Assembly: GCA_964016885.1 (NCBI GenBank)
Contig: OZ024740.1
Location: 126,976,001 to 127,040,000, forward strand
DNA length: 64,000 bases
Direction of reading: 5' to 3'
Source of the DNA: Eledone cirrhosa
Taxonomy: Eukaryota
The translations under genes and the position numbers were made by a program. Numbering within the stretch: position 1 is the first letter of the stretch; every line of letters begins with the position of its first letter. Positions 49,900 to 64,000 of the stretch are shown one piece after another. Under the pieces are notes generated by a model. The model made no database searches and had not been told where the DNA came from. It saw nothing but the letters and a program-made list of their open reading frames with translations.

Positions 49900-52705
49900 T
49901 TGAAATTCAATATTTTCTGTTGGAATGCTAGAACCGTTCTGGATTAAACCTCATCAAACAGGCCAGAATGAAGAACCACATGGCTAACGAAAGAGGTCCA
50001 AATATTAAATATAGTTATTGCAGCTTTGTCAGAGACACGTCCGTCAGAGTGGGATCAGTTGATTGAACCATCATCAGCTTTCATACTTTTCTGGGCATGG
50101 AAACAATAAAGAAGAACGGTGAAATGTGGTGTAGGTTTTTCAGTGCAAGATACACTAGCACATTTCGACTGTCCCTCTAGAATCAATGACCGCATGTGGG
50201 TCATGTGCAACAATTGTGTCAGTTTATGCAACAACTCTCCAGGCCAGTAAAGAAAGTATTATGACGTTCTATGAAACCTTTCTTACTGCAATCGCATCTG
50301 CACCAGTCGAATTAAAAAGTAATAAACGATGGTGATTTCAATGCCCGAATTGGCAAAGATCATGAGACATGAGATGCTGTTATGGCATCGGTAAGATGAA
50401 TGTCAATGATTTGAAGCTTCTTGAGCTCTGTTCAAAAATCAACTTAACCATATGCAATATATTCTTACTCCCCAAAAGAAGCATACATTTAGCTGGATAC
50501 ACCAAAGTTCAAAAGATAGATTCCATAGTAACCGAAAGAAGCGACTTGAATGATTTCTGTAATGTGCGCGTCAGGCATAGTGCAGAATGAAACACACACC
50601 ATAAGATGGTTCGGGGGAACTCTAAGTCATGTGTTTGTAAAAAAAAGACTCGCATTTGTGTTATCAAATCACTGAAACGTATTGATGTTGTAAAGTTAAT
50701 GCAGAAAGAGATACGTGATGCATTGAAATTAACGTTCGGATAATATTGAATCGATTGTATGCAGTAAGAGCAGAAGAACTTGGATTCAAAGAGAAAAAAA
50801 AAACCTATAGAAACTGATTTGATGATAATAATCAGGTTTACAGACAACTATTAAAGAGATAAATATGCTCTTCATGAAAATTGTTTGGGAGTGTACCCTA
50901 CTACTCGAACTGCTATTAAAAGGGAATACAAGGAATATGAGGCCACCTTACAACACTAGCTGATGAGACCTAAAAATAAATGTGCTTAAAGCACAATGGA
51001 TTCAAATCTACTTTATAGCATTTTGCGTCCAGTATATGGTCCAACACATTCGTCTATTGTTCTTCTAAGGTCCAACACATTCGTCTATTGTTCTTCTAAG
51101 GTCCAAAGATGAATGAGCCATCACCAAGGAATCTGTAAACATCCTTAAGCACTGGTAAAACATTTCACTGATTTATTTGATAATCAATCATCAGTTGATC
51201 ACGCTGTGCTAGATAGTATTCCGCAATGTTCTGTACGTTTTGAAATGGATCGGTTACTAGATTATAATGAGGTTAACATGGCCACCAACCAGTTAAACAC
51301 CTGGATCAGATGGACTCTCTGTGAATGTGTTAACGATTGGTAATAAGAACATAACACAAACTATATTCCATCACATCACAACATTACTGGGCTGGCGCAG
51401 AGGAACAATTGTTATGAAGTTCTTTGCAAAGCAGGTATAGGAGAAATATATTGAGGAGCAGGTTCCTCTGTATCAGATTTTTGTCAATCTGACAAAGGTC
51501 TTTGATACGGTGAACAGAGGTGCACTTTGGAAAGTACAATGTAAAATAGGGTGCCCACCAAAGTTGATTAATATGTTAATCCGACTGCACAAAAATATGA
51601 AGGCTCGGGTTGCCTTGAATGTGGAAATTTCCAATGAAATCGAGTTGATAATAGCGGGAAGCAGGGAGATATCCCGGCATCCTCACTGTTTTCACTATTT
51701 TTTTGTTATGAAGTTGTCGCATGCATTCCAGGGGTGTTAGAACTACAGGAAAAATATTTGATCTAACAATGTACAATTACTAGTTCAAAGTGTTCCAAAT
51801 ACTAATTAGAGAATCCCTGCATACATACAATGTTGACTATTTGGCTAACTCTCAAGATAACATGCAACACATTATGGATTTTTTTGCAGCTTCTTGTAAT
51901 GCATTTGGTATGAACCTTAATCTGAAAAAGACTAAGTTAATGTTCACCTTATCACCAGGCGAAGCATATATTGAGCCAAATATAATAGTTCATGTAACAA
52001 GGTTTCGTGGGTTTGACACTTTTGTTTACCTGGACAGCGCATTGTCGAGGAATTGTTCGCTGGATGCGCATTCAGAATGCTTCTGTAGCCATCGGAAAAC
52101 CTGAAATGTGAGTATGGGTGGATCATGGCATCAATATATTCAACAAAATTAGTGTCTACAAGGCTTGCTTCATGCGTGCTATGTTGTCATTTTCGAAACG
52201 TGGGCAGTACATCGTAGACACCTTAATTTGCTTGAACACTTTAATCAAATGTGTTTAAGACGAATCCTAAATAACAAATGGCAACAACAATACCCGACCC
52301 ATACATTCTCATAGATAGTTGCGCCAGTATTGAATCTGCCATCATATCCTCTCAAATTTGTTAGGTAGGCCATCTCGTGTGCATGGATGAGACAGCTATT
52401 TTATAGTAATTTGCACACGGACTAAGGCCATCAGCACAAAAAATATAAATATTGCATAAAAAAAACACCCTAAGGATCTACAGTCTGAAGTTCATAACTG
52501 GAAGTGCTTGCATTAAAGAAGGTTGCATTGAAAGAAGATGTGAAGGAAGACTGCAGAATGTTTGAATAGAGACGCCTTGTCCACGAAACAGTTAAACGTC
52601 AGCTTCGAAAAAGCCGCAGTATGAAAGTCAATAAGAAAATAGGGAGCTAGCTGGGGTTGTGAAATGTGTGGCCGTCTACTGCACTCTAAATTTGTGTACA
52701 TCATA
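49900..52705 (+). pseudogene. Near full-length degraded RTE (BovB-like) LINE
   Basis: WNARTV, AALSETR, GDFNARIG, FVNLTKVFDTVNRGALWKV..GCPPK, NLKKTKLM, FVYLDSALS, terminal CEMCGR finger; many stops. Confidence 0.85.
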
Positions 52706-52728
52706 CACATACGCACACACATACACCC

Positions 52729-52813
<85 letters not shown>

Positions 52814-53145
52814 TAAAGGTATAGGACTGTCCGATATTCCGTTGGTTTTTACATTGGCTTTGTCCTGTGCGCACACAATAATTAATGTGTATACATATCA
52901 ATCTATCTATACGTATGTATGTATTGCTGTTTGTCAGTGCGCGCGCGCGTGTGTGTGTGTGGTAATCCCAGGTTAAATCGGGGGTATCTACAGTTAATGA
53001 GGTACAAAATAACATACTAGAGTGTAAAGATCAAGTTCAATGAATAATACAGGAATAGAATCGTTTGTTTCAAAAGAAAACATCAGGATGTAATTTTTTA
53101 ATGAAACATTTCTAGACATGAAGAACCCATTTATATACTAAATTT

Positions 53146-53179
<34 letters not shown>

Positions 53180-53899
53180 AGCCTGGAGCATATGCTCTCG
53201 CGTCATAAACTGGGAACGCCCTGGCTACAGATCAAACCAATTATAGGGGACAACTGTTCTATGTTGTGTTCTATTAAGACATGTGAGAACGGATGTATTC
53301 AAGGTCATCATTTTGACCTTAGAGCCGGTGCCCATGTGCAGTATGTCCATGTATGTTTTACTCCTCTTATTCAGGCGCCAACAGTCCCGCCCCCTGATGG
53401 CAGCTCAAAGCATATACACAACCGGCTAAACACCAATCCCATGCAGGGTGATGTCTCCGTCACTGTCATAATAGTCACCAATGGCAACACTGTTCCCAAC
53501 TACAACAATGTGATTTGGACCGCTCTCCGGTTCACATAATCAGATCCACCTGCAGACCACCGTCCCAAACCCTCACCTGACTCTCTTTCGTTATTCATGT
53601 CCTCCGACTAGGATATCATCTCTGCTCCCATGGCTTTTGCTGCCAGCAGTAGAGGATTACCCGATGATCCCCGATATTTAAGGATATAATTAATACAGCA
53701 CTTAAAGCTAAAAGAAATTCTAGTTTAATAATTCGAATATCACTTTGAGAAAGCCTTTTGGAAATAGAGTTGTTGAAGTGGTTGAATCGTAGAAGTGCCA
53801 TAATATAGAAATGAATATTTTAAGCAGCAAAGAGTACAATACCCAGCAAAGCCACACACACAAAGAAGAATAAGTTAGAAAATGGATGCATTCGACAGT

Positions 53900-54830
53900 T
53901 CTTTCTTGACGTCATTCTGCGTCATTTTCCTGTTAATTAATTTCATGAACAGGATGGATTTCTTTTAGCCGGATTGGAATTGGTATCACAAATAGCTTGT
54001 GAAAAATCAGTCGGTCGGAATTTGCAGCCGATATTGTGTTACTTAATCCGACAGAAGGTGATTTGAGACATGCACGTGATAGAAGTGCTGCATGGCTGGA
54101 ATGAAAATCAGTGCTGCGAAAACTGAGACGCTCGTCCTCGAACAGAAGGCTGTGTTGTGCACTCTACATGTGAATTAAGTTCCACTAAAGCAGGTAGAGA
54201 TGTTCAACTATCACGGGGCCACATTGACGAGTACTGGATAGCAGGAGGCTAGGTTAAGTATAAGAAATGAAGCTGGTGCCTAATATGCCAGATTCAGCAT
54301 GCACTAATCAGAAGAAAGGAGATAGTTGTAAAAGCCAAACTCGCTATATTTCATTTGGTTTTCGTGCCTACCATTACAAATGACGAGGAACCTTGCGTAA
54401 TGACATAAAGAATACGATCGCGAATACAAGCGGCAAAAATGGGGTTCCTCCGTAGGATCTTTTGAGTAACTTTATTCGATAAAGAGTATAGCACGGAGAT
54501 GAGAGGGTTACTCCTGGTAGAGCCAAAACTTCTCCAATACTATGGAAAAGTGTTTAGAATGTCTCAGGAAAGAATCCCCGGACAGTTTTACGGGCAAAAC
54601 CAACCGGAAGATGACCCTGGTATACAGGAAGATGTTTAGATAACATCCATAAGCTTTACTGGTTACGCTTAAAGCCATTTCAGCTCGAGGTTCTTGACAT
54701 GACCCGCTGGAAGGGGTGTTTGAGGACTCTGCCCTCACGACCCTCGCAGTAATAAGTGTTCGAAGAAGAAGAAGAAGAAGAAGAAGAAGAAGAAGAAGAA
54801 GAAGAAGAAGAAGAAGAAGAAGAAGAAGAA
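53900..54830 (+). pseudogene. Degraded RTE LINE 3' part with (GAA)n tail
   Basis: MKISAAKTETLV, LKQVEMFNY, KAKLAIF, RIQAAKMGFLRRI; (gaa)n at 54762-54830. Confidence 0.8.
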
Positions 54831-55075
54831 TGTTACCTTTTGATTAAGGGAGCTAAAATCACTGGAATCATTAAAGCTAGAGTTACATCCATGGAAATGT
54901 ATTACTCAAATTGCCATATAGAAACACAAATCAAACGGAAACTCGGAAAAATGACTTCCAAAAAAAAAGCTTAATGCAAAAACTCATTAGATAAACAGAA
55001 TTTTTTTAGGGAAACCTACCTTCTTATAAACATACGCACACACACACGCACACTCACTCGTACACACACACACAT

Positions 55076-55121
<46 letters not shown>

Positions 55122-55189
55122 TTTGTTTTTGAATTTATATTGCAAGATTTCTTATCTCAGAACTTCTTTTGAAACATATATTTATGCAT

Positions 55190-55940
55190 TGGGAGAGTCA
55201 TGCTGCTAATATAAAACACAGACTCCTGTGGGTGTTCTCTTCTATTTATTGCAAAATTCCAGTTGGCTGGTTTATTTGTTTATTGTCAAATCTCTTTATG
55301 TCACAGATTCTGTGACCTCCTTAGCGACTAATCTGTTATTTTGTGTCTCTCATTTGATCAGTCCAACACGATTTTGTTTTTGTGAGCTGTGTGCTGTGTA
55401 CTTGTGTTGTGCATGTGTTATATCCATGTGTGTGGGTGTATGTGTGTGTGTGTGTTTTATATATATGTTTATTTACTTGTCACCAGTTGATTACTTGATC
55501 TATCCGTGTGTGTCTGATTTGTTTTATTAGATTACTTCTTATGTGCCTCTGTATGTATTTATCTTTTCCGTATTCACTATTTGTGATGTTGTTGGTATTC
55601 CACTCATAGTCTCTGTTTAATTTTGGTTGAAGTTCGTTTATGTTTGTCGTTTCTCTAATCTGTCAGATTCTTGCGTCTTTTCTATGTTTGGATGTGATCT
55701 TATTTCTATGTTCTCTAGTGTGCATCCATGTTCCAATTTGGCATGTTGGTGGAGTACTGCTGAGTTCTTCCAATTTTGGAGATCTCGCTAGTGTTTATTT
55801 ATAATTTCACCTATACTATTGGCTGTCTCACCTTTGTATGTTGTTTTCCTATTCTTACACTGTCTCTCCGTACATAATGTGGTATATAAACTACGTCCCT
55901 AATTTTGCAGTTAATTTGTGTGATTAAATAAGTGCATTTT
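55190..55940 (-). mobile_element. Degraded PLE (GIY-YIG end plus pLTR), family of 40241-41340
   Basis: Reverse complement aligns with 40690-41420; decayed HHR at 55285-55328. Confidence 0.85.
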
Positions 55941-58900
55941 CAATCAATATTTTCCCCCTATATAACGTGATTTGTATAGGAATCATTAATTTACTAAGGG
56001 TATGGAAATATATGTGTGTTCATGAGTCGTTTGAGGAAGTGTCCAGATAGATACAGGATTATTTTATTGAGAGTGGAATAGTAATGAAATGTATTTATCG
56101 CAATGTCTCTAAATGGCATTTTAAATTCCTGACGTCTATACCCTAAGGATATTTCAGGACACAACTGCGCATGAAATTTGCGGTTGCATTGAAATGTTAA
56201 TGTAAATACAATATCAGTAATGCCTTATCCAGAATATATTGTATGATGCGGGTACATATGGGAACCAATTTTCATATTGAAATCATTGATAATTTACAAC
56301 CGTATTTCAAAGAACATCTTATTATGCTTATATTTTTAAGTACATTAAATACACGGAAATACAATATTGTATATATAATACAGAATAAAGCCAAAGTCGA
56401 CGCACAGAGGAACAAGAATTTTCATTGAGAATGTCACAAAATGCTCTAATAATTTGATAACTATCCTGTTATTAAACTAAACGAGGAATGGTTTAGTTAC
56501 CCGGCTAATGATAACGTTGCAGTGAAACGCAACGGGTGCGTAGGTTTTCAACGGCGGCATGAGCTTCTTGAACTAGAATAATAAAGTAAATAGGTTATTC
56601 AATTTTACACATTTCAAATCCGTTTCACTAAGCATTCCTCACATATTATATAGATGTCGCCGCCTTGGTGTTCTTGGGAAGTAAGTGCATTTATAGGTGT
56701 TAGAGATCCTGGTCGGGATTCAGTTTTCTGTAGACTCATTAACTAATGAATATGGTGTTGAACCTTTGATCATTAAGACCTAAATAAGATTTCATGACTT
56801 AGTGACAAAATGTATCATTTGCAAGTCACATCATTTCACTGTGTTTTTGTTATAAGTATGGGCACCCTAATATAATATCTCAGAAAGCTCATATAAGACG
56901 CAACCCATTAGAAGCTACCTACACTTATAAATATGTGAACTCTAAAGATTCCTTTATTTCAATTTCATTCATATTTTACAGAAGCGTACATTGTTTTGAA
57001 AGCGTCGGGTAATTGAAATCAAAAGCACTACATATGAACCGAAAAATGGATTAAGGAGCAATATTCCAAGGCTATAATAATCGTTCTGCCAATACTCCTC
57101 GCTCAATTATACAGTGTCAACAATTAAGCAGTGCAAGGGAGAATTATAATTGCTGCTTCGGGCAATGTGGATATTATTATCGCAAATCCGCATTTTTATG
57201 ATAAAGTTAACACTGGTAATGCCTGAAGCCATTAAAAATCAAGAATAATGGTTATTTAAATCATGAATTATTCATACAGTAAATATCCTTATTAACTAGA
57301 AGGAGATCCATCAAGTAAAAAGAACACACAAGGAAAATAAAAACGTAAATTTATTTCTCCTTCTCATGATAATCTACGTAAAATGAATGCGTCGAATAAT
57401 GAAGAGAAGGAATTCATTGACAGCATAATTTATATTTCAATGTAACATAGCAGTTTAATTTTATATAGTAGCTTTAATAAAGTCTATTAAACATCCAATC
57501 ATATTTTGTGTATATAAATGAGATATGCATGCGCAATGTGGTGACATAATTTAGTATATGAACTATGCATCATTCATAATGTGTAATGTTGTGTAACACA
57601 CAAGAATTGATGCTCCTAAATAAATGTGTGCGTTGGTTTCCAAGACTTCAATTTTATCCAAACGAAAGTTCATCAAATTAATGCTAGTAGACTATCATAT
57701 AATTATATATTATCTTTATTACGGATGGCTATTTCATCATCAGAAATAATTAATTGTCAAAGTGAAGAGTCTACTGGTAAATATTTGAAAATAAAATACT
57801 TTCAGAGTAATAGTAAGATACGATCACTTACAAAATGTTGTATTGCCCCTAAATATACACTATGACCACATTGAAAACTATTGCTAATGCTGGGGATGGT
57901 TTAAAAAATACTTCCTTACGTACATGACAATATATAAATTCGAAGAAGGAAGCGATTAACATTATTCTTGAAAACTGTTCTCAACAAATGGCTTATTAAA
58001 GTACTAAAACACATAGTTAAACTACTGCAAACACTGTTCTCATTAAGGAGACGGAGAAAGAGAATATTATTTATACATGCATTATAAGTGAGAGCCAATT
58101 AATGTGATGGTGAAAACAAATGTGGTGAAACTATTAATATTTCATCTAGTTTATCAGGATTAATGTCATCCCGGGAAATCCGTACAAAAATTCGTGATAC
58201 CTCAACAAGAATTCACCTCCGGATTATTACACCCGGACAGATGCAGATGTTGATTATGTAAGTGCCTAAATATATAAGTAAACATGGCATAATACATCTA
58301 ATAATATATCTTGCCAGCTGATAGTCCTTTCTCAAAAGGTCTTCTTTTTACATTAGAAACGTATGTGCACGAAAGGTTTTGAATTCGATAATCAAAACTG
58401 GGTAGATCTCTTATGTTGACACTAGACCTGCTTGAACAAAAGATATAGACGTCATTAATCATATTTCTTGGAGAAAAGAGAGCTAAAAATATTTTATTGG
58501 CTAACATCTATAACCTTTGAAAACCCTGCCATTTTAGTGCAAATTTAGGAGGTTCTTTTTGCTAAATGACTGTAGTTGAGTGAATACAATATATGGCCAA
58601 ACGTTTAGTGCGTCATCTGAACAGTAATACGTAAAAATAAAAGGGGCAATTACTTCGGCTACGCTTTGATGAATTCTGTATGTAGCTGCTTATAAATAGG
58701 ACATAATCTCAGGAAAAAGTAGCATTCAATAATAACAATGATGTAGCGTTTAACATGAGTAATATTTCACTTTCCGTTTTATAGGTCTTTTAATTATAGC
58801 AGAGGCAATGTTCCAAACATATCAGCAGTACTCCAGTATGAAGGTAGTGGTCAGCAACACAGTTAGACTGAAATATGCCATGTATCTAAATAGGGAGTCA

Positions 58901-59739
58901 CATTTATATGTCACTGTTATATACGTGAATCTAACATGAAAGAACCCCAAGATTGCAAGAACTAGCTTTGGTGAAAATAATGGTGTTTATAACAGTTTTT
59001 CAAGCATATACTCTTTTCTTGTTATGGATGGTTGTAGTGCTTTGAAAAGCACAAATTTACCAAATATCATAGACGAATATTGTCCTGAGGTTTGTTCTGG
59101 AATGAAGAACTCTTATGGCATGAAATGTGTATATGAATTACAATAGTGTGAGTAAGGTAAAGAAATGAAGATTAGTATAAATAACATCTGTTGAGGTGTG
59201 TCTCGGTAAAAACAACATAGGAAAGATACTGTAAAGAAGTCAATATGCAGGATGGTGGGTGATAGCTGAACAATAGATGTGAAGTTGACGTGTGTTGTAG
59301 TGAACAAAACTGACAAGAAACATCTTATAATTTGATTATATTACCCGTAAATAAGAACATCATTAGAGATTATGCAATCGCATTCTTACTGTGAAAGTAG
59401 TATTTCTTTTAGTTTCTATATTCTTCCCCCTTACTTTCGGTTTTCGTTACCATTGCTAAAATTGTCTGTTCAAGTCTCAACGTTGCTAATAGTTTCCTAC
59501 TTGTTCCCACTCAACCCACACTTAGAGTATAATAATTTGATGTATATCGTATGACAAATCTTAGTTTTCGATTGATTGACTGAAGGCGTTAGTATTATAA
59601 AGGTGGAAACAACCCTCTCAATGCAATTTGCTATGTCATTCAATTAACGAAATATCCAATACCATTTTGTACAAATCTGAAACGTTCTATGCTTGAAGAA
59701 AATTGTCATTATTGTAATATTGAAAGACGACTAACTGTT

Positions 59740-61425
59740 CACACCTATATACACCCTGTCTTAACTCCAGTAAGATATTATTCGGCGCGCACATAACACT
59801 TCATCCCGTTAAACGCATAGAAACATATTTGGTTTTCCTCATATCTTCTCGACTTAACCCCTTACCAAACAGTGTGCTTAAAACATATCTGCACCATATG
59901 GTAAGCCAAAATCCTATTTTATTCACGCACATCCTTGTTAAAAATATGGCATGTTTTTTGGTTCAGGCATATCTGTTCGTCTTGTTCACCCAACACATTA
60001 TTAGTTCTCATATACCTGATCCTTTTGTTAGACATATATTATGTCATTTAGTTTAACCTTATATGCTCATGTTAGCCTCATAACGTATCATTTTATGCAC
60101 CCATATTTCCTCCTCTCATTAACTCCATAACGTATTCTTTAAATGTTCATATATCTGACTCATGTTTAATCCCCTTAATATATTGATAGATTCACACACA
60201 TCTGCTGTATCTGTTAGCTCCTGAACTCATTATTGGGCCCAAACATACCTGCTCCCGTTGTCAAACCCATAGTATATTACCTGGTTTAAACATATCTGTT
60301 CCACTTGTTAACCTATATAATATTATTTAGTTTAAATATATATTCTCTTTCTAACGAGATAATATCTTATTTAGTTCAAATAGGGCTGCTGCTGTTAAAC
60401 CCCATTAGATATATTTTAGTTCATACATGTCTTTTCTTGTCAGTCTATAAGTTACTATTTAGTTTACAAATATCAATTTCTCTTATTTTCCATTTTTTAT
60501 GATGACTTCAGTTTATATTACAGAGCGGTTTATACAAAAACAAAACACACTACAAAAGGGAAAAAGTAAGGAAGAAAAAAAAGGGAATGAAAAGAAGAAA
60601 AATAAATTAAAAAATCAAACTACGAAATAAATGGAGTAAGGGATGAACATACACATCACCTGAGACTGAGCGATGCCTCAGTCATGACCTGCTCACAAAA
60701 TGGCAATGGTGTTACCGCGGAGAATAGCCAAAGACAACCGTTGCAATAAGCAACCTACCGCACGGTGCTCACTTTCAAGTGTGTGGCTTCTCCTCTTGTT
60801 ATTAAAACTGCAACATTATTTAATTCAACCCTATAATTTATCCTATTCAACCCTATAATTTATCGTTTAATTCACACGAATCTCCTCCTTTGATTCACCT
60901 CTTACCATAATCGGTGATTGACATATATTTACTTCTGTTGTTAATTGATTACTATGACATGAGTTTCACATATATCTACTCTTCTTGTTAACTTTATATC
61001 ATTATTTAGTTCAAATATATCTGCTAACCTTGATAATCTCATATTTATTTAGTTCATATGTATACTCTCTTGTTAACCATATAAAATATTATTTGGTTCA
61101 CATGTATCTGCGCCTGTAATCCTCAAACGAATTACAAAATTCCCACATACGGATAATTGCCCCCTTTCCCCGGGCTATTAAATCCGAATCTACATACATT
61201 ACTGTCCATGTTGTTAACCTCGTAACTTATTGATAGGCTTACGAATATCTACTTCACTATTTAAACCCATGATATCATTTCCTTTCAAACATACCTGATC
61301 TTTCTGTTATTAGTCCTATAACTTATTAATTTCTTCACTCACATCTGCTTCTCCTATTAACCTGACGATATACTATTTAGTTCTCACATAATTGCTCCTT
61401 TTATTAACTTCATAATAGTTTTAGT
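59740..61425. repeat. Old diverged ~46-bp minisatellite, interrupted at ~60480-60800
   Basis: Recurring unit approx. catatctgctcctcttgttaaccccataatatattatttagttca. Confidence 0.75.
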
Positions 61426-62000
61426 ATGTACTTCGGATAATCTATTCTCTCAGGAAATATATTTTGCTGGAAAATATTATCTTTTGTATTTTCATTTACA
61501 ATTATTGGTAATTGAATATTGCTTGGAAATAGGTAAGGATAATACACTAGCTACTCTTTATTCTCCTCCTCCTACTTTCTCTTCTTCTTTTGTCACCTCT
61601 CTGTAGACTAAGAAGCAAAAGTAATTGATATATGAAACAATTATTCCAATAACTCTATTTCATATCGTTTTGATTACGGAACTTATTACAGAAGAAGCAA
61701 TATGTAGTCTCGGCAGTTATGCCTAAAGAGAAATTATAGCTGCTTTCAATCTGAAAGATAAACAAAAGCCGAAACATGTAAATCGTTACAGCAATAGATT
61801 TCATCAGATGTAATTTATAATTTGCCACTAGCAAACTATTTTCATATGCTGATACCTTACTCTCTTTTGTTTGATATCGGTTAATTTTCTTTGCTATAAG
61901 AATATTTATTCCACTTTAAAATAGTTTCATCTTACTTACGTTTCCAGTCATCCTATACAGTTTTATATTACAAAAGAAACAATACGTAACAAAACAATAC

Positions 62001-62165
62001 AGGGAGCAAATACTGTTGTGTGGTTAAGAAGTTCTCTTAGCAGACACGTGTTTCTGGATTCAATCTTGCTGCGATGCGTCTTAGGCTAATGTTTTCTACT
62101 ATAGTCTTCGCTTGATCAATGCTTTGTACGTAGAGTCGGTGGACGAAACAGCAGAAGGCCTTCAT
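62001..62165 (+). mobile_element. Degraded tRNA-SINE of a third family
   Basis: tgtgtggttaagaag..ggattcaatc A/B-box remnants; (CA)n follows. Confidence 0.55.
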
Positions 62166-62852
62166 AGACACACACATATACACATACACACACACATACA
62201 CACACACAAACAAACACACACATATATATATGGGGGGGGGGGCAGAGTTGTGGGTGTGTTTACGTTGCAGCTGTTCGCTAAAAAATGAGTAGACATGCAT
62301 AATCAATTAATGGAAATAATATGAACGAATAAATCAAAACACTGCCCCAACATCGTTGCAGTTTACTACCGGAAACCACGAAAATAATGTTTTTAATTAT
62401 ATTTTTTATAGATCAAAGTCGAATTTTATTTAGTTTCTGTTATATGGTGTCGATGGCACAGAAAGTGCTGTCTTTAATAAGGCCATATTTAAATACAACC
62501 GTAAAAGCAAGCGATTCACAGAGATCAAACATACATCAGCCTCGCTAAATTCTAATCTATTTAAACATAAATCATCTAATCATTGATTACCACACCTTAT
62601 AATTACCTCAAACGCGCACCGTTTGAAATTTACGAATGCATTATACATTGATAACCGTAGAAATGTAATTCGTTAGCGGCATAAACCATACGTCTATACG
62701 GGATCTCAAACGCCATACCATACAGGTAAAGGATGGTTCAATTCGATACCCGTCTCCAGTTAAACCAACCATTGATCAGCACGAAACACAGGTATGAGGA
62801 AGACGGATTTGATCACACTGTAGCTGTTACATTATTTAGTCTCGATATAAAT

Positions 62853-63064
62853 GGTTTCTTATATAGGCACAAGGCTATCAATTTTGGGGGAAAGGAAAGT
62901 CGATTAAATCAACCCCAGTGCGTAATTAGTACTTTATTTTATCGACAGTGTAAGGATGAAAGGCAAAGTTAACCTCGGCGGAATTTGAACTCAGATCATA
63001 AAGGCCGTAGCTATGTTGCAAAGAATGGTGTCCAACTTTCTATCGATACTGCCAATCCACCGCC
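62853..63064 (-). mobile_element. tRNA-derived SINE
   Basis: Aligns with 21085-21302. Confidence 0.9.
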
Positions 63065-63073
63065 TTCCATATA

Positions 63074-63253
63074 ATAATTGTTTCTACTTTTGGCACAAGG
63101 CCAGCAATTATCCCAGTGTATTACTGGTACTTTATTTTATCGACCTCGTAAGGATGAAAGGCAAAGATAACCTCGGCGGGATTTGAACTCAGAATGACAA
63201 GGGCCGTAACTCTATGCGTCAAAACATGGCGTCCTACCCTCTACCGATACTGG
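63074..63253 (-). mobile_element. tRNA-derived SINE, slightly 5'-truncated, in tandem with the previous one
   Basis: Aligns with 46238-46428. Confidence 0.9.
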
Positions 63254-63490
63254 ATCACTCGTACGTCCCCTTTCGGTCACGAATGATCGTGGTTTTGAAC
63301 CAACCGAAGGCAATGGTCGATTCAGTTTGGTACCTGTGACGTCGCAACACATTTCTGCAACTGAGTGAACAGAAGCAACGTGAGTGTGATGCTCAATAAC
63401 ACAACGCAGAGCACGTCCCGGGATTCGAAATCACAACCTTACGTGTTTTTACTCACTCAAGGCTCTAATCACTAAGCCATGCGCTTTTAT
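63254..63490 (-). mobile_element. tRNA-SINE of the second family
   Basis: - strand: gcgcatggcttagtg..gatttcgaatcccggg (A and B boxes). Confidence 0.7.
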
Positions 63491-63531
63491 GATACGTGCA
63501 TACGCAGACACACACACACGCACCCACACAC

Positions 63532-63572
<41 letters not shown>

Positions 63573-63639
63573 CACACAAATAAGTATATATGCAAAGATA
63601 TGTATATATTAATATAGGAAAAAGTATGACTCCGACGGC

Positions 63640-64000
63640 AGAGCTCAAGCCGTTTCGACGGGTATTTCTGTTTTGGACTAAATTGGAATTTTTAGCCTGA
63701 TGAATAAATAGCCGAACTCATTCGATTTACCTTTTCTTTAACCTCCCTCCTCCACTTTATACACTATCCTTAGAATCTGCTGTATACATATCACTTTCAA
63801 CGCTTGACCGCTCCACTCACTCCCCTATTGTTCTACAGGCAAGTTCAGCCACTCCTATCTCCCACCAAATGCCATGATAGACTTATTTGTGTTTACAACA
63901 AATATTACCCAATCCTCTTGACAACTACAATCTTCCCATATAAGGAAGTACCCCCCCCCCCATTGAAAAGTTCGGCTATTTATTCAGCAGGATAAAAATT
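63640..64000. repeat. Inverted-repeat cassette cut by the window end, related to family B
   Basis: 63687-63718 is inverted relative to 63969-64000; shares gactaaa...ttttagcctgat with family B. Confidence 0.7.

Noticed and set aside
54756-54974. Poly-Glu protein
   Set aside because: Translation of the (GAA)n RTE tail.
57000-58100. Possible ancient R4-like RT (KYFQSNS..CCIAP; LTYMTIYK); similar hints at 28000-28500(-)
   Set aside because: Too degenerate to support without a profile search.
59740-61425. CRISPR-like array
   Set aside because: Units are contiguous and degenerate with no unique spacers; eukaryotic context; no cas genes.

Overview
AT-rich eukaryotic non-genic DNA made almost entirely of transposable elements and (TA)n/(CA)n microsatellites. 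The tRNA-SINE body resembles SINEs I recall from octopus genomes, so an octopod origin is likely (inference). No host gene is supportable, and most listed ORFs are microsatellite read-throughs. Coding remnants: a head-to-tail Helitron pair and a non-autonomous Helitron; at least three Penelope-like element (PLE) families; one young 5'-truncated RTE LINE with an uninterrupted ORF and a PHD-type finger inside the RT; older RTE, R4/Dong-like and Tx1/L1-like remnants; about ten SINEs. Main hidden signal: many short non-coding cassettes in or beside (TA)n tracts carry minimal hammerhead-ribozyme (HHR) motifs from several apparently unrelated families. They are repeatedly arranged as inverted pairs with one polarity (left arm on -, right arm on +, 3' ends facing outward). 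In one family, stem III of the hammerhead is itself the (UA)n microsatellite. All folds and alignments were done by eye.
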